Assembly: GCF_006345805.1 (NCBI RefSeq)
Contig: NC_043000.1
Coordinates: 59,892,001-59,956,000, forward strand
Reading direction: 5' to 3'
Source: Octopus sinensis
Taxonomy: Eukaryota
DNA: 64,000 bases
Shown: one piece after another, positions 13,211-25,115 of the stretch
Position numbering within the stretch: position 1 is the stretch's first letter
Layout of the letters: the number at the start of each line of letters is the position of its first letter
The notes under the pieces: model-generated
Seen by the model: only the letters and a program-made list of their open reading frames with translations
What the model was told of the DNA's origin: nothing
Database searches by the model: none
Position numbers and translations under genes: made by a program

Positions 13211-14624
13211 AAAGTCAAATAAACATGTCACAGTAAAAAAAAATATTACAAAACTACTCAAATTATATTGTGTGTGTGTGTATGTGTGCATGTGCTTGAT
13301 ATCTCAATTATCATCATTAGATCATATTTTAGAATATCTATAACTATCATAGCATAAAATATCAATAAAAACTAATGTAAAAAAAAAAAAAATGTCTTTC
13401 TAGCTGTCTATACAGAATGCAATTTCACTTTAACTGACACTATATCTCTTGATTATCTGATGAATTGAGTAAGCTGAACATGAAAAATAAAGGTAATTAG
13501 GGAAAATGCAACAAACAGAAGATAAATTTGATTTATTAAGGTGTGCTAGCCTTTAGATTTAATATGATAACATTCCTTTTTCCAGACTGTCTGTATATAT
13601 TATTTCTCTTGTAAAAAAAAAAAAAAAATAAAAAAATATCAAAAGCATGCATTCACACCTGAATACATTTATTTAATTATTTTATTTATTTATTTATTTA
13701 TATGAACAAACAAATGAATCATAAATCCACAAAAATAGTGACATCCTCTGAGACATTAGAAAATAGGAAGCAGTAACTTGTTACTTGATAAAATGTTTCC
13801 ATCTGCCAACTCATGACATCTCCCAGAAGAATTTGTTTCTTTTTTTGTTCATCTAAATTTAACTTAGTATTAGATAAAAATCAGTAACAACAGAAAAGGG
13901 GTTTGCTTTCCAGAAGCGCTTATCTTTAGAGCCCTGTCTTGTTTCAATTATAATATAAATAGTAATTTTTTGCCTCTTAAGATATACAGTTGCATAACAT
14001 GTACTTTTAATGTACTCTTTTACTCTAACTGTTCAACATAATATTTGGACAGGACCCAAACTTCATAATAACATTATTTTAAAACCATTATATATAAGTT
14101 TAAATATCCAGAGAAGAGAGACTACCGTTGAAAGATTGTTGTTAAAATGCCATGCTATGAATTGATAGTTTATATCCTGTCCTGATGAATGAGTCTATGA
14201 TTAAAACAATTACTTAGCTCTTGCTAGCCCAGTCACCCTTGAGAATAGGTATCATGAATAGGTACAGAGTATAGCAGTAAACTGTGGTAGCAATGTTTTA
14301 GTTACAGAGTATTGCCACTACAATCTATAGAGTTGAATTAAATTCTTATTTATCTAAATGATGTGACAGAAACCTATTCTAATACATTGCACACAAGAAT
14401 GTTTGAAACAAGAATCACCAATATTGTTTCACTGATGTATATGCGAAGAACAAACAAGATGAAAACTTATTGAAAGAATAGTATTGGTCAGCTATAAGAC
14501 TTTAAAATTAATGAAAAAGGAAATAAAACACTGTTTGAGTTTTTCTTTCCAGTCAATTACTCACTAACGAAACAGCTTCAATTGTAAAGATTTATATGGC
14601 CAAATCATCATCATCATTAAACGT

Positions 14625-14765
14625 CCGCTTTCCATGCTTGCATGGGTTGGATGATTTGACTGAGGTCTGGCGAACCAGACTCCAATCTGATTTGGCAGAG
14701 TTTCTACAGCTGGATGCCCTTCCTAACGCCAACCACTCCTAGAGTGTAGTGGGTGCTTTTACATG
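14625..14765 (-). mobile_element. RTE 3' UTR/tail, 5'-truncated, with (GAT)n tail
   Basis: Little-decayed copy: AAAGCACCCACTACACTCTAGGAGTGGTTGGCGTTAGGAAGGGCATCCAGCTGTAGAAAC...GGACGTTTAATGATGATGAT. Others at about 20850-21040 and 24525-24575. Confidence 0.75.
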
Positions 14766-15550
14766 CAACAAAACTGCTTGTAACACTAGCACCAGGGCCA
14801 GTTAGGTCAAATGGTGTTTAACTGATTTATGTTCTCTATAAAAAAAGACTCTTATATAGGCACAAAAAAAACAAATTTTAGAAGGAACAGTTGATTATAT
14901 CAACCCCATTCCTTGACTAGTTATATATTTATAACCTTGGAAGGATGAAAATCAAAGCTGATCTCAGTAGATATTAAATTTAGAAAGCCAAAGGACTAAA
15001 TTACACAAAATATATTGTTTGATGTTGCACTGATTCTGTCTATATTGCCCTATCTTTTATGATAATGATTAAAATGTTTATGGTAATAATGTCCCTACAC
15101 AAATTCTCTCTCTCTCTCTCTTTCACTGACATTTTACTGAGACACACTGTCACAAATTTTCAGAACAGAAAAATGATAGAATGTTATATTATATTTATGC
15201 CTTGCATTAAGGACATTAACTGCATAAATAATGAAGCTTCAGCTTAGAACTAAATTTTGTACTTGCAGACCTTTAAAACTTCCTCAGAGTTTATGCTTAA
15301 CTCTATAGTGAATCACCAAAGCAATGATAAATGTTGATTTCAGGTACACAAATTTATGGAAAAATTCCAGGTTCAATTTTCAATTGTCAATAAAATAAAC
15401 ACCAACATAATGCTTAGCTGACCAAATTAAATATGAAATATTGGTAGTAGTTTTACAACATTTTGAAAAAGAAACCCTTCAGATTCATTATATAAAATAG
15501 CATACACACATTCTTTTATCTTTTTATTTCATTCAGTCATTAGGTTATCT

Positions 15551-15808
15551 GTGGAAGCGCATGGCTTAGTGGTTAAGGTGTCAGCACCATGATCATAAGA
15601 TTGTGGTTTCGATTCCTGGACCAGGCGACGCGTTGTGTTCTTGAGCAAAACACTTCATTTCACGTTTCTCCAGTCCACTCAGCTGGCAAAAATGAGTAAC
15701 GCTGTGATGGACTGGCATCCCGTCCAGCTGGGGAACACATATGCCATAGAAACCGGGCCCATGAGCCTGGCTAGGCTTTAAAAGGGCGCATTTATTTATT
15801 TTATTATG
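15551..15808 (+). mobile_element. Full-length tRNA-derived SINE (V-domain-like) with TSD
   Basis: A box TGGCTTAGTGG, B box GGTTTCGATTCC, (ATTT)n tail. Flanked by AGGTTATCT (15542-15550) and AGGTTGTCT (15809-15817). Confidence 0.85.
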
Positions 15809-15979
15809 AGGTTGTCTGTATGGTGGAACACAATTATGTTGACCCTTGTACTTATTAAGTCAGTTACTTAGCAATATTTGTCATATTGCTAAATTTTGAG
15901 GCAAACACCAGAGTATTGTTTTATAATCAGTGTCATTGTAAAGACAGGCATGAAAGCAAGAACAGAAACACACACACAC

Positions 15980-16352
15980 CATCATCATTTAGCATCTGTT
16001 TTCGATGCTATCATGAGTAAGATGGTTTGACTGGAGCTGGTAAGCCAGGGAGTGGAGTTGCACCAAGCTCCAGTCAGTTTTGACATGGTTTCTATGGCTG
16101 GATACTCTTCTTAACATCAACTACTCCACACAGTGTACTGAATGCCTTTTATGTGTCACCAACACAGGTGCCTCTTATGTCTCAATGACAGTGGCCATGA
16201 CTATGATTTCACTTAACTTGACATATCTTCTCAAGCACAGCAAATCTCCAAAGGTCTCGATCACTTGTCACCACCTCTATGAGACTCAACATCCAAAGAT
16301 CATACTTAACCACCTCATTCCACGTCTTCCTGGGCCTACCTCTTCCACAGGT
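15980..16352 (-). mobile_element. RTE LINE 3' end: ORF C-terminus, 3' UTR and tail
   Basis: Minus strand gives TCGRGRPRKTWNEVVKYDLWMLSLIEVVTSDRDLWRFAVLEK, the typical RTE ORF end. It is followed by the family 3' UTR and a (GAT)n tail. Confidence 0.85.
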
Positions 16353-16699
16353 AACATACACTCACAAACACACACACATATATACAGGTGCAATGGATAA
16401 ATTGTTGCAATTTTATATTTGAAATTTCACACATTGTTTGTTTTTGATTTTGTCAACTACACAGTATAGTAGGGTTAGTTGGGCACCATCTATGAGAAAA
16501 ATAGCACCATGATGCAATTCACTCCAGCAGAAATTTGGAAATAACATGCTGTACTGCTTGGCATTCATGCTGGAAGCTCCAATATGAATATTTCAGAGTG
16601 TTTGGTGTCCATCTGAAGACAAGTACCGAGAATGATAAAAATCAAACATCCAGTCAACAGCATGGTGTTTGGAGTGATCACTAGTGATCACTCCAATGA

Positions 16700-17586
16700 G
16701 ACCTACATCAATAGCCAATGTAAAAGGACCAACGGTTCCCTCATGAATGCCATACTTGTTGTTCCACAACCTGGAATACCACTTACCATCAAAACAGATG
16801 CTTCCAACCTGGCCTTGGGAGGGACTATCACAACAAAGAAGGCCAGTGGCCTTCTATTCAAGGTCCCTTTCAAAAATAGAAAACACCAATCCATCATCAG
16901 GAGACTTTGTTGGAACCCTGCCATCAACCACACAATACCGCTACTTATTGGTAATAGGCAATGAGTACTCAAGGTTACCCATCCATATACCCATGCAAAG
17001 ACATGAGTACCAAAACAGTAATTTCCCACCTGCTCAACCCCTTTCATTATTTAGATCACTAAGTCGTATTCACTCTGACAGAGGAACCCAATTTGGTAAT
17101 AAAAAGCTCCAGGACTTCCTTCACGCTAATGGGACAATAAAAACTAGAACATTTCTCTATCGACCTCAAGCCAATTGCCAATGTAAAAGGACCAACGGTA
17201 CCCTCATGAAGACCATAAATCTAGCACTTAGTTCACTACAACTAGATAAAAGACAATGGTTAACAGCTACCAACACAAGCCCTCATGAGCGAATGTTTAG
17301 ATTTTCAAGATCATCGACAGTGGGAACCATTCTACCTGAATTCTTCCAGAATATCGGAAGCACAATACTGCATCGTCGACATCTCAGAAATAAGGTGGGG
17401 GGGTATCTTCTTGCAGAAAACGTTAAATTGTTGGAGACGATTTCTCCCTACTTTGCTCGCCAACTATTCAAGGACAAAAAGAGACGAGAAAACTGAGATC
17501 AGGACGAATTATAAAGACCCCTTTTTATCTAAAGGACTATACGTTTTGAATGCACCGTGACTAACTTTTCACTCAGTAGGGAAGAC
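16700..17586 (+). mobile_element. Gypsy/Ty3 LTR-retrotransposon pol relic (RNase H and integrase fragments, internally deleted)
   Basis: IKTDASNLALG and RPVAFYSRSL (RNase H), and IHSDRGTQF, QANCQCKRTNGTLMKTINLAL and TNTSPHERMF (integrase core), spread across frameshifts. A purine tract AGTAGGGAAGA at 17575-17585 precedes TGTTATG at 17587, the expected PPT/3' LTR junction. Confidence 0.9.
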
Positions 17587-17599
17587 TGTTATGAATTAT

Positions 17600-18158
17600 A
17601 ATATCCTATCATTGATTCCTTTCTACAAGAGTAAATAATTGCTTAAAATATAGATATCTTATTTTGCATTGGGTACGAAAATGCGGCATAGTGTCGAATA
17701 ACGTTGACAGATGGATACTGTCTTTACAACGCCTTGGACAGCAGTGATTAAGGGATCAGACGGCGAGCAGAAACAAAGTTTGTATAAAAGCCTTCTTTGA
17801 ACAGGCTTATGACATACTGGAGACATAATATTGATTAGGCTAAGAATTTTAAAAAACGATGAGTTTAGTTTTTCTGTGTATACATAATGAAAGAATAATA
17901 ACAGTATACTAATAAAACAGCGCTATAAATAAAACAGTTGTTCTATATCTAATTGGAAATATACAGTTTGAGTTATTACACGTAAAGGTTGAACAATGCG
18001 TTATAAAGAGTTATTTCCCTTGTATTGCAAAGTCAGCCCTGTCCATAATAAGCACTTATTTCCCTTTACATATGTTGTGGTCACATAATACGACGTGCCT
18101 TGAACATTCAAACCTGAGAGGTCAACCCTCTTCTCTCGTCTGACTAGAGGCAATTTGT

Positions 18159-18216
<58 letters not shown>

Positions 18217-18397
18217 ATATACTGAGAGAGAGAGAAAGGGATGGGGGTCGACCCTAGAACTGGTACTTTATCAACTCTGACAGAGTGGATGACCGGATGA
18301 CAAGATTAACCTATGCGGTACAAATGATCCAGAACAAAAGCTGCAAAGTAATCTATTTAACGCCCTAACGATTCGGCGAATTCGTCATGCTTGCATA

Positions 18398-18435
<38 letters not shown>

Positions 18436-18900
18436 AGATGAGTGTATTTTTACCTTGTTAACAATTAACACGGAAAAATAAATAAATAAATAGTTACTAG
18501 GGCAGCAATTTTGTACTTTATCTATATACAACCTGGACAACAAATTATTTCTTGCAAAAGAATATAGTAATTATAATTTTCAAAGTCGTTCGAACAATAT
18601 AGTAATTTATATACTTTTTTCTCTACCGACAGCGATAATTAGTTTCATGTTTACGAACTAGCGATCATTTGTGTTGACAATTTACGTCATTTTAACATCC
18701 AGGTGTTTAAATAAAGTAACGACATAGAGACTGAATAGAAAATAAAGAAAAACAAAATAGAAGGAAGAAGAAAAACGAACAAATGAAGATTCCTCTTTTT
18801 ATTCTCTACTTTCATAATAAAATTAATGAGTTTATATGACAGAAAGATTCTCTGTCTCCTCAAAATTCATGCTTCGTTTATGAACTCGAGCTTGGGTTAT
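17600..18900. promoter_or_regulatory. CpG-retaining island, candidate promoter/TSS region
   Basis: About 30-35 CpG by eye in about 1.3 kb, versus about 4 in 13.2-14.6 kb and about 1 in 25.2-26.7 kb. TTACGTCA (ATF/CREB-type site) at about 18683-18690. Does not match the repeat families seen elsewhere in the window. Confidence 0.45.
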
Positions 18901-18997
18901 AATTGGTAGTGTAAAAGTTACCTCCCTCTAACAATCAGTTGTGAAACAAGTCTTCACTTTTTTAATCTTCCAATCTAGTTATGAGTGTGTATTATTA

Positions 18998-19047
<50 letters not shown>

Positions 19048-19184
19048 AAACATGAGCTTGCGAACAAATGAAAGAAATTAGCATTCAAAACATTTGTTGG
19101 CATTATATGTATTTAATAAGTTTGAAGCAATTCTACACTACTAAAAATTTCATGGAGAAAGTACAAGTTCACCTAATCAGACAT

Positions 19185-19490
19185 GTGCAGACAGTGGCTA
19201 AAAAGTTTGCTTCCCAAGCATATGGTTTCGGCCTGAGTTCCACTGTGCAGTATGTTGAGCTTTAAGCTCGAGGCCAACCAAAGCTGTGCATGTGGATTTG
19301 GTACACAGAAACTGAAAGAATCTGATGTGTTTGTGTGTTTGTGCCTTTGTCTTGACATCATAGACATATAAGCAATGTTGAGTTTGCAGTATTACGTGAA
19401 CAGCATGTCTGACTAAAAGGGATATATTAACTTGCTTTGGTGAGGGTTGCCAACAAAATGGGGTTTCAGTTCTCAAAAATCTGCCACAGT
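19185..19490 (+). mobile_element. CORE-like SINE (family B) with internal microsatellite and RTE-like tail
   Basis: Head GTGGCTAAAAAGTTTGCTTCCCAA..ATATGGTTTCGG..GAGTTCCACTG and GTGGATTTGGTA.ACAGAAACTGAAAGAA. The same architecture occurs on the minus strand at 26720-27200 and 36910-37320. Confidence 0.7.
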
Positions 19491-20221
19491 GGGGCCATAC
19501 ATACATACACACACACACATACATACATACCCAACAGAAGATAAACGTTCTGCACCATTTTATAAACACTAAGAGCTTTGCTTCCTTGAAGTAGAAATCT
19601 GGAAAATTTGTTATTTTATATCCATCTTTGCCTTTATGAATAGGAATCAGAGGAATTTATTTACTTATCTTTCTAAATTTTAGACAATTCAATCACATCT
19701 GAAAAAAAAAGTTTGCTAAAAATTATTATTTGGTACTTCTATACTGAAAAACAAAGTAGGAACTAAGTAGTAGTGAAATTGTCATCTTTCTATAGAAAAT
19801 AAAATCCTCAATGGAGATAAGCATAGCTGTGTGGTTTAGAAATTCACTTCATATCCACTAGCTGTGTGGTTTAGAAATTCACTTCATATCCACTAGATTC
19901 TGGTTTCAATCCCACTGCAGAATTGGCAAACAGAAACTGTGCAAAAATTCATTGTGCATGTGTGAATGAGGGATGGTTGATAAATCAATGCATCGATAAA
20001 AAATATATGCAGGTGCTGAGTTATATCCCTTCAATCAAGAAGAGACGAAGTCGATTTGATAAGAGATTGATAAAATAAATACAAGACAAAGAACTGGGGT
20101 TTGAATAATCATCATCATCATCATCGTTTAGCGTGATTAATATAATTGTTAAATAAATAAATAAATACATATAAACGGTGACTATTGCAAATTCCAACAG
20201 TTTTAACAAACTAAAAGAATA

Positions 20222-20630
20222 TTTATTTGTTTATTGCCCACAAGGGGCTAAACATAGAGGGGACAAACAAGGGCAGACAAAGGGATTAAGTCGATTACAT
20301 CGACTTCAGTGCGTAACTGCTACTTAATTTATCGACCCCAAAAGGATGAAAGGGAAAGTCGACCTCGGCGGAATTTGAACTCAGAACGTAACGGCAGACG
20401 AAATACCTATTTCTTTACTACCCACAAGGGGCTAAACACAGAGAGGACAAACAAGGACAGACAAACGGATTAAGTCGATTATATCGACCCCAGTGCGTAC
20501 CTGGTACTTATTTATTGACCCCGAAAGGATGAAAGGCAAAGTCAACCTTGGTGGAATTTGAACTCAGAACGTAACGGCAGACGAAATACTGCAAAGCATT
20601 TCACCCGGCGTGCTAACGTTTCTGCCAGCT
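20222..20630 (-). mobile_element. Young family-A SINE with an internal 184-bp tandem duplication (dimer)
   Basis: CCCACAAGGGGCTAAACA occurs at 20237 and 20421. Both units carry GGAATTTGAACTCAGAACGTAACGGCAGACGAAATAC, and many CpGs are retained. Confidence 0.9.
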
Positions 20631-21394
20631 GAAGCTTTAACATGGATCTTGCAGAAATTACATTCTATTTGCCAAAGTAATTGTAAAATTGAAGATTTTG
20701 AAATTAAGAATATGCTTGCATACATGATAGATCCTTCAACACATTTGATGATGAACATTTAGTTGTTTAGTTCACTGAATATCCAATATTCCAGTGACTA
20801 AAATCTCTACAGACATGTACACTCAATGCAATTTTCAAGCTGACACATCATCATCATTTAGCATCCGTTTTCCATGCTGGCATGGATTAGATGGTTTGAC
20901 TAGAACTGGTAAACCAAAGAGTTGCATCAGGCTCCAGTTGCTTTGGCTTGGATTCTCTGGTTGGATGCCCTTCCTAACACCAACCACTCCACAGAGCATA
21001 CTGGGTGTCTTTTACATGTCACCAGCATGGGTGCCCTTTACTGGCTGGAACTTTGAATTACATGTACAAACTATCTGATAGGCTCTCACATAGTTTCTGT
21101 CTACTCTATTTTATTCACAATATTTGGATCAACTCAAGGCTATAATAAAGTCACAAGACCGAAATGCTACGTAAGTTCAAACTCAAAACCACGTGATTGC
21201 AAAGCAAACATCTTAAGCATTCAGTCATCACCTGTGAGCTATACTCAAATCGACCACAAGTCATATACTGTCAGGTAAATAAGAAAATATGCTGTCTGTT
21301 AATGACATCAATTATAAATACCTATAAAACAAATTTACACCGGGGGCTTTTTGCACTCAATTCTAATATTAATTATTCAGATATTAGGGTTTTT

Positions 21395-21875
21395 GGTCAA
21401 GTAAGTGCTTGTGAAAGTTTGGCCCAGAAAGAGTACAAGTGCTGGAAGAATGAATACAAGGTAACTGGAGCTTGGTACCAACATACAATGGAAAAAGTAA
21501 TGGACAGAAACAGGAAGACAAAGATCCTCGGAGACTTTGACTTTCAGACAGACAAGGTGTTAGAACACTGAAGGCCAAGACAAGCAAGGGTGTCTAACAA
21601 TTGATTCAGCAGTGCCAGGAGATCCATGTATCGTTATGAAAGAAAGAGAAAAGGTCAACAAATATGGAGACTTGAAAATTGAGATTGCCAAGATGTGACA
21701 GCTGTAAGAGTCAAAGTTTGTTCCTGTTGTCATCGGAGCATTGGGCTCAATACCACCCAAACTGAAGAAACATCAGGACACTTTAGAAATACTCTACAAC
21801 TTTGGTGTATTGCAAAAATTTGCTTTACTTTGAACAGCATGCATACTGCATTAAGTGCTGTGTGTCTGAGGACCT
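21395..21875 (+). pseudogene. R4/Dong-type non-LTR retrotransposon C-terminus (restriction-like endonuclease region)
   Basis: VSACESLAQKEYK, WYQH..EKV, KILGDFDFQTDKVLEH, IDSAVPGD, KEREKVNKYGDLKIEIAKM and VPVVIGALGSIP, with internal stop codons. Confidence 0.85.
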
Positions 21876-23289
21876 TGTGACTTAACAGACAGCAAAAATC
21901 CCTGGTACACCCAATATCTTTAATCTAGCACATCACAATATTGGGTACTGTGTGATTTGGCACAAGGCCAGCAATTTTGAGGGGAAGGGGCAAGTCAGTT
22001 ATATCAGCTCCAATACTTGGATGATACCTTATTTTATTGACCCCAACCGCCATAAGGATGAAAGGCAAAATTTACTCCAGTAGATTTTGAACTCAGAATG
22101 CAAAGAACAGGAAGACGTGTTGCTAAGCATTTTATCCAACATGCTAACAATTCTGCCAGCTCACCAATGATGATGATGATGATAAAAATGGTTTCAAATT
22201 TTGGCACAATGCCAGCAATTTCAGGGGAAAGGGTAAGTTGATTAAATTGACCCCTGGTACTTATTTTATCAAACCCAAAAGAATGAAAGGCAAAATCAAC
22301 CTCATCAGAAATTGAACTCAGAACATAAAGACAGATGAAATGCTACTGCTTGGTTACTGCCTTACCAATAATGATGAAACATCATATAAATCCAAGGATA
22401 ACATTCCACCTTCAGTAAATGCAAGAAATAGAAAAAAATGTTCTGGAGAAATGTTCTGACTCGATCCAATATTTCCTACTCTACATTCCAGGAAAGTAGT
22501 TATGGTTGGGATAATTAATGAAAGGATTCTTTAAACTATAAACTCTAGATTTTATTCTTTGAATTATTGAATGAAAATAAGCTTTTATTTTTTCCTTATA
22601 AGTTAGACAACATCCAAGTATTACCAGAACTCAACTGTACATGACACTGTAACAATGTATAGAGTATTTTGGCTAGTGTTGCTACAACTTCAATGTAATG
22701 ACAAGAAAAAAAGCAGTCAAGTGAAGATCCAAAAAATATATATATATACTAACAGAACAGAGGGAGAACTTCAAATTATATTCAGTCTTAGACATTATAA
22801 GTAGCAATTTGAGATAGGAAAAAGCAACAGGCAAACCAATGAGACTCAATCAAATATCTATTGCAAGTCTAGCAACAAACATTACATAAATAAAACCTGT
22901 TATTTAAGGAACCTGTTTAATATGAGTTAAGAGTTTCATAGTGGTTTAATTGTTATATAGCAGTGCTACTCAAACTTTTGGCATGTAGGCCATTGATTAA
23001 ACAGTTTCGTGTAGTTCACAATCCAACTGCACCAGATATACCAAGTCTCCACCTGGTGGTAAACCACAGGCTATGGTTTGCTATATGATGTACAGTGTAA
23101 CAATTAGTGCATGCTGTATTCTCTCAACTCTGAAAGCTGTTACTGTTGTTAAGCCTCAGGTCAGCCTTGATCAAGCAGAACTTTGTGTGCTTTTAGGTTC
23201 CAGTGATGACCATAGGAAATACAGCTTCAGACACTTATCTCCCTTACTACTAGCAATGTGTATACAAGTATAGAGTATAAGATCAATGT

Positions 23290-24000
23290 TGTTATTGATT
23301 TTCCTGCTACATTTCCATACATCTGTTTTTATGTGTTTGTCTGGACTGAATGGGAAGGATAGTATTCTTATGATGATACGGTAATAGTATTCTGGAGTGT
23401 TGGGCATTCATTTTGAGCATTTATATTTCACTGTGTAATTGGTCTATGGGTGTGGTCTGTGCATATCATCCAATGGTGCAAAGTACAGTATATTGTAATC
23501 TTCATAGTTTTATAATTTAGGGGTCTCAGGTAGGATTAATATGACATGTCTGATATATCATTTGTACATTAGTGTTGTTTCTTTGTATTTTCTACATGTA
23601 ATTCCACCAAGTGCTCTGTATTTGTACTGTGGTTTGCCTTTTTGTTATGTACAGCATGAGTATTATTGATAAGGTGTTGCAGGTAATTGCTAATATTTTT
23701 GTCTTCCCTCTATGTGGCATGTTTATGTTGCTGAGTGTAATGGCTGGATATATTTGTTGTTAGTTAACATCGCTACCAACAAAGAAGATAATAACATTTG
23801 GCAAATTCTACGTTAACACTAATATTTTGGCACCTAGTCCCTTGGTGATTGAGTAGCTACATCTTGGGAACAGCGGGAAGAGATAATCATGATGTCTGCA
23901 TATGGAACTATATGTATGTTTAGTGGGGAGAGAAGGGGATATTCATAGACAGATTAGACAGATTAGAAATTAGATCTGTTTTAATCAGTAGCAGTCTGGG
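23290..24000 (-). pseudogene. Highly decayed I/Jockey-group non-LTR reverse transcriptase relic
   Basis: Minus-strand PYAD at 23894-23905 (YADD remnant), YRALGGIT..KETTLMYK (cf. LKALAGT.WG..KETL..TYK) and QTTPIDQLHSEI (cf. TP..HLH.ET). It probably extends to about 24320. Confidence 0.5.
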
Positions 24001-24728
24001 TTAAAAATAGGTGAAATGAATTCCTGTTTGAGAAATTAAGTTGTAGACATGTTGCTATTGTACTCTATTGAGAAGTAGCAACCTGAGAGCTATTTGTGTT
24101 GATTCTTATACCAGTGATCTGTATTTGATTTATGAGTGGCCAGTAAGGAATGACTTTGCTGATAACAGTGATAGTTACAACGGTCACAAGGGTTTTTGTT
24201 TATTGCCAAAGTAGTGGACTGAATATAATGGTGTGGATCTATATCGTGGGTTGGAAAAGGTAATGTATAGGTTAGTAATAACAATAATGAGTTTCTTTGA
24301 ACTGTTTTAGATTTTGTCAAGTGTGTGAGGAATTTTTGTGATATGACTTGATTTTCTTAGTTAAGGAGCAATTATATGGTCACTTGACCTGCTAGGAATA
24401 ATGACCAAATCACATTCTAAGTGCACCTTACCTTACTGTCTTAAAAAGAGAAATATATATCAAAGAATTTAGTTTTGGTGGCACAAGATTTTGGAGATTG
24501 ATGTGGCTGAATTTATATATATATAACCATCCAACCTATGCCAGCATGGAAAGTGGACGTTAAATCATGATGATGATATATTATATATGGCACCCATGAA
24601 TTGTAGTTGTGGTCATTGCCAGTGTCAAGTAAATGACACCTGAGCTGGTGACATGTAAAAATACCCATTACACTCCTAGAGTGGTTAGCATTAAGAAGGG
24701 CATCCAGCCACAGAAACCATGCTAAATT

Positions 24729-25115
24729 CCTTCTTTAGCACTCCGTCGGTTACGACGATGAGGGTTCCAGTTTATCCGAATCAACGGAACAGCCTGCTCG
24801 TGAAATTAACATGTAAGTGGCTGAGCACTCCACAGACACGTGCACCCTTAATGTAGTTCTCGGGGATATTCAGCGTGACACAGAGAGTGACAAGGCCGGC
24901 CCCTTGAAATACAGGTACAACAGAAACAGGAAGTAAGAGTGAGAGAAAGTTGTGGTGAAAGAGTACAGCAGGGATCACCACCATCCCCTGCCGGAGCCTC
25001 GTGGAGCTTTTAGGTGTTTTCGCTCAATAAACACTCACAACGCCCGGTCTGGGAATCGAAACCGCAATCCTATGACTGCGAGTCTGCTGCCCTAACCACT
25101 GGGCCATTGCGCCTC
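24729..25115 (-). mobile_element. Young full-length tRNA-derived SINE inserted in an RTE 3' UTR
   Basis: Head GGAGGCGCAATGGCCCAGTGGTTAGGGCAGCAGACTCGCAGTCATAGGATTGCGGTTTCGATTCC. Perfect TSD CCATGCTAAATT at 24717-24728 and 25116-25127, with RTE tail sequence continuing on both sides. Confidence 0.92.

Noticed and set aside
15551-15625. tRNA gene (also about 25040-25115)
   Set aside because: A and B boxes are present, but the sequence runs into a SINE body with tail and TSD, and there is no complete acceptor stem.
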